DNA of 63,665 bases, filler included, from Olpidium bornovanus S191 (Eukaryota > Fungi > Olpidiomycota), in NCBI GenBank assembly GCA_017911155.1. It is 31 parts of 31 records of this genome, joined end to end, with 100 filler letters (N's around TTAATTAATTAA, not from the genome) between each part and the next. Parts side by side here need not be neighbours in the genome. Positions count along the whole stretch, not along the records: positions 59,824 to 63,665 come from JAEFCI010008808.1; 30 more parts are not named here. One strand, given 5' to 3'. A program made the position numbers and the translations under genes. A model generated the notes under the pieces. The model saw only the letters and a list, made by a program, of their open reading frames with translations, searched no databases and had not been told where the DNA came from. Shown here piece by piece: positions 60,853 to 63,665 of this stretch (position 1 is its first letter; the number at the start of each line of letters is the position of its first letter).

Positions 60853-61135
60853 AGGATCAACCAGACGGAACTACGACGACCCTGATCCTCCTACGTTGGG
60901 AGTACGTAGGCAACCTAGGATTCCCGACCGGCGGGCAGAGGTTCGGGCGCGCAAAACGGAGAGCCGCTCTCTGCGAGAAGGGAAGGGGGGTTAGGAGGCT
61001 GCGAAGGACACACCCGGGACCGGTCCGTACCTGACACCCTGCCACGTCGCTGTCAGAGCGTGGGCATGTTCGGAGACGGTCTGGCAGGGGAGAGGGGGCG
61101 GCGCCCCGGGGCTCCCGTTTGCGGCGTTGTTTGGT

Positions 61136-61529
61136 CCGAAAAAGGGGAGTTCGCGTGAGCTCCGACCGTCTCGTTTGTGGGTCTAACCGTCTCGTGGTGT
61201 CCGAAAAAGGGGAGTTTGCGTGAGCTCCGACCGTCTCGTTGGCGGGTCCAACCGTCTGGTGGTGTCCGAAAAAGGGGAGTTCGCGTGAGCTCCGACCGCC
61301 GACGAGGCGGGTCCAAAGGTCACATGGTGCGCGAAAGGGGAGTTCACGTGAGCTCCGACTGCCGACGTGGCAGGTTCAACGATTCGCGGTTACCTAAGGG
61401 GAGTTCGCACAAGCTCCGACCGCAGGCAGCAGGTTCATTGTGGCAAAAAGGGGGGCTCGCGTGAGGCCCGACCGCCGACGTGGTGGGCCCGACAGTTCGA
61501 AGAAGGGGAGTTTCCACAAGCTCCGACCG
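61136..61529 (+). repeat. Array of 7 hairpin-core repeats (AAGGGGAGTTCGCGTGAGCTCCGACCG), period ~57-65 bp, with diverging spacers
   Basis: Copies at ~61136, 61201, 61266, 61331, 61396, 61444, 61503. Confidence 0.92.
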
Positions 61530-61756
61530 CCGGACGGCAGGTCCCATGGTCGACGAAAGCCCTGACGGCGGTTCTGCTATTCGAGGGGAGCTCGCCTCGT
61601 GGGGAAACAAGCTCGCGCAAGACTGCGGGGAAAGCGGTTGAGAAATTGTGGCGTACCTGAGCCCTGAGGGGGGTTTGGCAGGATAGAAGAAAGCCTGCTG
61701 CGGATTGGACGAAAGGCAGGCCACTCAACGCTTCGAAGGCGAGGGAGAGGAGCACA

Positions 61757-62755
61757 ATGAGTCGCCGCTGCGAGCGTGCAGCGGAGAGCGAAGAGGGCTT
61801 CGAACGCGCGAGTGCGAGCAGCCGAGGCTCCGAAGCTCTTGGCGACAAAGGCCTCCACGTTGAGCAACAGGGCCCGCAGACACCACCCATCCTGGACGTG
61901 GACGTGAACGGAGAGTTCTTCAAGTGTTTCCCTTTGGAACTCCAGAGAGAAGTCCTGGCGGAAGTGGAGGGGAGCGAGGGGACTGTGACCATGGAGGTTA
62001 ATAGCACGTTTCTCTCCGCTCTTCCGCAAGAAGCTCGTGAGGAGGTCACGGAAGGCCATCAAAGGAGCCGCAGGCTGGAGGAGCGGAGCGCGCTGGAGGC
62101 AGCAGGAGAGGCTGTAAGGTCAGACCCCTGGGCGCGCATCCCTGGGGAAGCGGGAACCTACGAGCAGTCTGGAAGAGCTGGTGGGCCAGCACCGCCTCTT
62201 GCGCCGCCCCGAGGGCACCATGATGAGCACCTCCGTGCTATCGTGGACGACCTGAGGAAGGCCGGAAAGGAGCGAAGGGCTGCGGCTAGAGCCAAGAGAA
62301 TGGCTACGCGGACAGGTGACACGCTCGGCCGAAAGGTGCAGAGGGCACCAGCCGAGGCCGCCGGCGAGACGGCGCCTGGCGAGCCGATCCGGGCGGAAGT
62401 GCCAAGGGTGCCAGCCGAGGTTGCCGGCCAAACAACACTCAGCGAGCCGATCCGGACCGAAGGGCCGAGCGAAGCATCCAGGATCATAGTTCGTCTGGCG
62501 GAACGAGGGCGGCTGTTGCGGAAAAGGGCAGTTGAGCAGGGAAGAAGGTTCCCGGACCCGTTCTTGTCTATTACCGGCGAACCGTCGAGCAGCAACGAGG
62601 GGACGGCGGGAACAACGAAGATGAAGGAAGCCAGGCGGAAAAAGTGGCAAAGGGGTCTTCGAGCCCGATCGACGACGAGGGTGTGGAGGCCAAAAGCGCC
62701 GGGGGCAAAACTGAAAAACCGGAAGATGAAAGAGAGCCATTCGTGCCACTCTTGA
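61757..62755 (+). CDS. Intact 332-aa ORF with two UBM-like ubiquitin-binding motifs, lying between two Gypsy elements
   Basis: ATG to stop without interruption; DVNGEFFKCFPLELQREVLAE and EVNSTFLSALPQEAREEVTE; 21-aa internal repeat; basic C-terminus. Confidence 0.6.
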   Translation: MSRRCERAAESEEGFERASASSRGSEALGDKGLHVEQQGPQTPPILDVDVNGEFFKCFPLELQREVLAEVEGSEGTVTMEVNSTFLSALPQEAREEVTEGHQRSRRLEERSALEAAGEAVRSDPWARIPGEAGTYEQSGRAGGPAPPLAPPRGHHDEHLRAIVDDLRKAGKERRAAARAKRMATRTGDTLGRKVQRAPAEAAGETAPGEPIRAEVPRVPAEVAGQTTLSEPIRTEGPSEASRIIVRLAERGRLLRKRAVEQGRRFPDPFLSITGEPSSSNEGTAGTTKMKEARRKKWQRGLRARSTTRVWRPKAPGAKLKNRKMKESHSCHS

Positions 62756-62769
62756 GAAGGCGAGGCTTG

Positions 62770-63665
62770 CCAAGGAGTGCTGCGAAAAGAGCTGGGGGGT
62801 GAACGATTTCTGGGGAGGGAGGCAGACGCAACGACGCGGGGCCACAGGTATCACCTTCGCCTAAGAGACAGCGCTCGAAGAGGTCTTCGACGCTGAGGTG
62901 CAGAAAACGAGCACTCGATGGCCCGAGTTTTCTTTAAGAAGATGGCGAGTTCGTTGCTTTTATTGCGTTTGATTCTACGTTTGGTTTCGTTCGTTTGGTG
63001 CGTTCGAGCTTGGGGGGGAAAGAAAATCTATCTGCGTACAGCCGTCAAACGCGTAAACTATTGCCACGCGTAAATCGAAATCGAGAAGCAATAGACGGGC
63101 GACTCGAAGGGGACAGACTCAATCAAAGGCTACAGAATCAAACTGGAATAGAATGAAATCAAATCGAATAAAGTACAATCGAAATCGAAACAAAATAAAA
63201 TCGAAATCAAAACGGAATAAATCAAATCAGAAGCGAACAAAGTTCACAAATTGAAATCGACCAAAGTACAATCGAAATCGAAACAGAATAAAATCAAAGT
63301 AATGAGGGAAAATCAAAATCGAAATGAACAAAGTTCACACCACATCCACCCCCCTGATTCGACAGGATGTAAGAATCAACCACACCGGAGAACCTGATAC
63401 TTTTGCTCTCAAGCCGGAAGCTCGGTCAGCACAAGCGTTTCTTCTACTGTCAAGTCTCGGCGTCAAAAGATCTTGACTCGCTTGCCAGCAATCCGACGCG
63501 GTAAAACGACATTATCAAGCATTCGCAGGCGATACGTGAACAAATCGTCGATATCTACAACAACGAATGGTCCGTTCCATCTCTCATCGAATTTCGCGCG
63601 TGTATCATGCTGATTATCGAGCTGCGACTTCCAAACCAACACCCAATCTCCGGGCGAAATCGGTA
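62770..63665 (-). mobile_element. Second Gypsy element 3' end on the minus strand: integrase C-terminus, PPT (63345-63357), 3' LTR starting at 63344
   Basis: Minus frame YRFRPGDWVLVW...KFDERWNGPFVV...YRLRMLD...IAGKRVKIF*; CAGGGGGGTGGA then TGTGGTG; distal LTR end uncertain. Confidence 0.85.

Noticed and set aside
61136-61529. Calling the hairpin array a CRISPR feature
   Set aside because: Spacers are homologous to each other and repeats degrade in the manner of a tandem repeat; kept as a structured repeat finding

Overview
This window is not contiguous genome. It is 31 short contigs (about 1-4 kb) joined by 30 artificial ~100-nt linkers (N-run, TTAATTAATTAA, N-run), so adjacency across linkers carries no biological meaning. 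The DNA is a GC-rich, intron-containing eukaryotic genome. The gene content points to a fungus, probably early-diverging: arginine-specific mitochondrial CPS large chain, fungal-type Cdc4 N-terminus, intron-split histone H4, kexin and a retained TPX2. The species cannot be determined from sequence alone. Recognisable genes, mostly partial: RPS12, TFG1, CDC4, TPX2-like, TatD, DUF4336, NAT1/NAA15, CPA2, calnexin, GPI10/PIG-B, FAB1/PIKfyve, myotubularin, TIM10, CDO1, histone H4 and KEX2. There are also many Copia and Gypsy LTR-retrotransposon remnants and a probable Helitron remnant. No rRNA, tRNA or true CRISPR array is visible. Best leads: (1) a Ty3/Gypsy Gag capsid N-lobe-like domain in frame inside the FAB1 lipid kinase; (2) an intact 332-aa ORF with two HUWE1/Rev1-type ubiquitin-binding motifs between Gypsy elements, preceded by an array of hairpin repeats with diverging spacers; (3) a TET/JBP-like dioxygenase fragment; (4) half-tRNA primer sites, one in front of a Gypsy-type gag and one that appears to record tRNA-Ile inosine-34. 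All protein family calls are by motif recognition; no database search was run.
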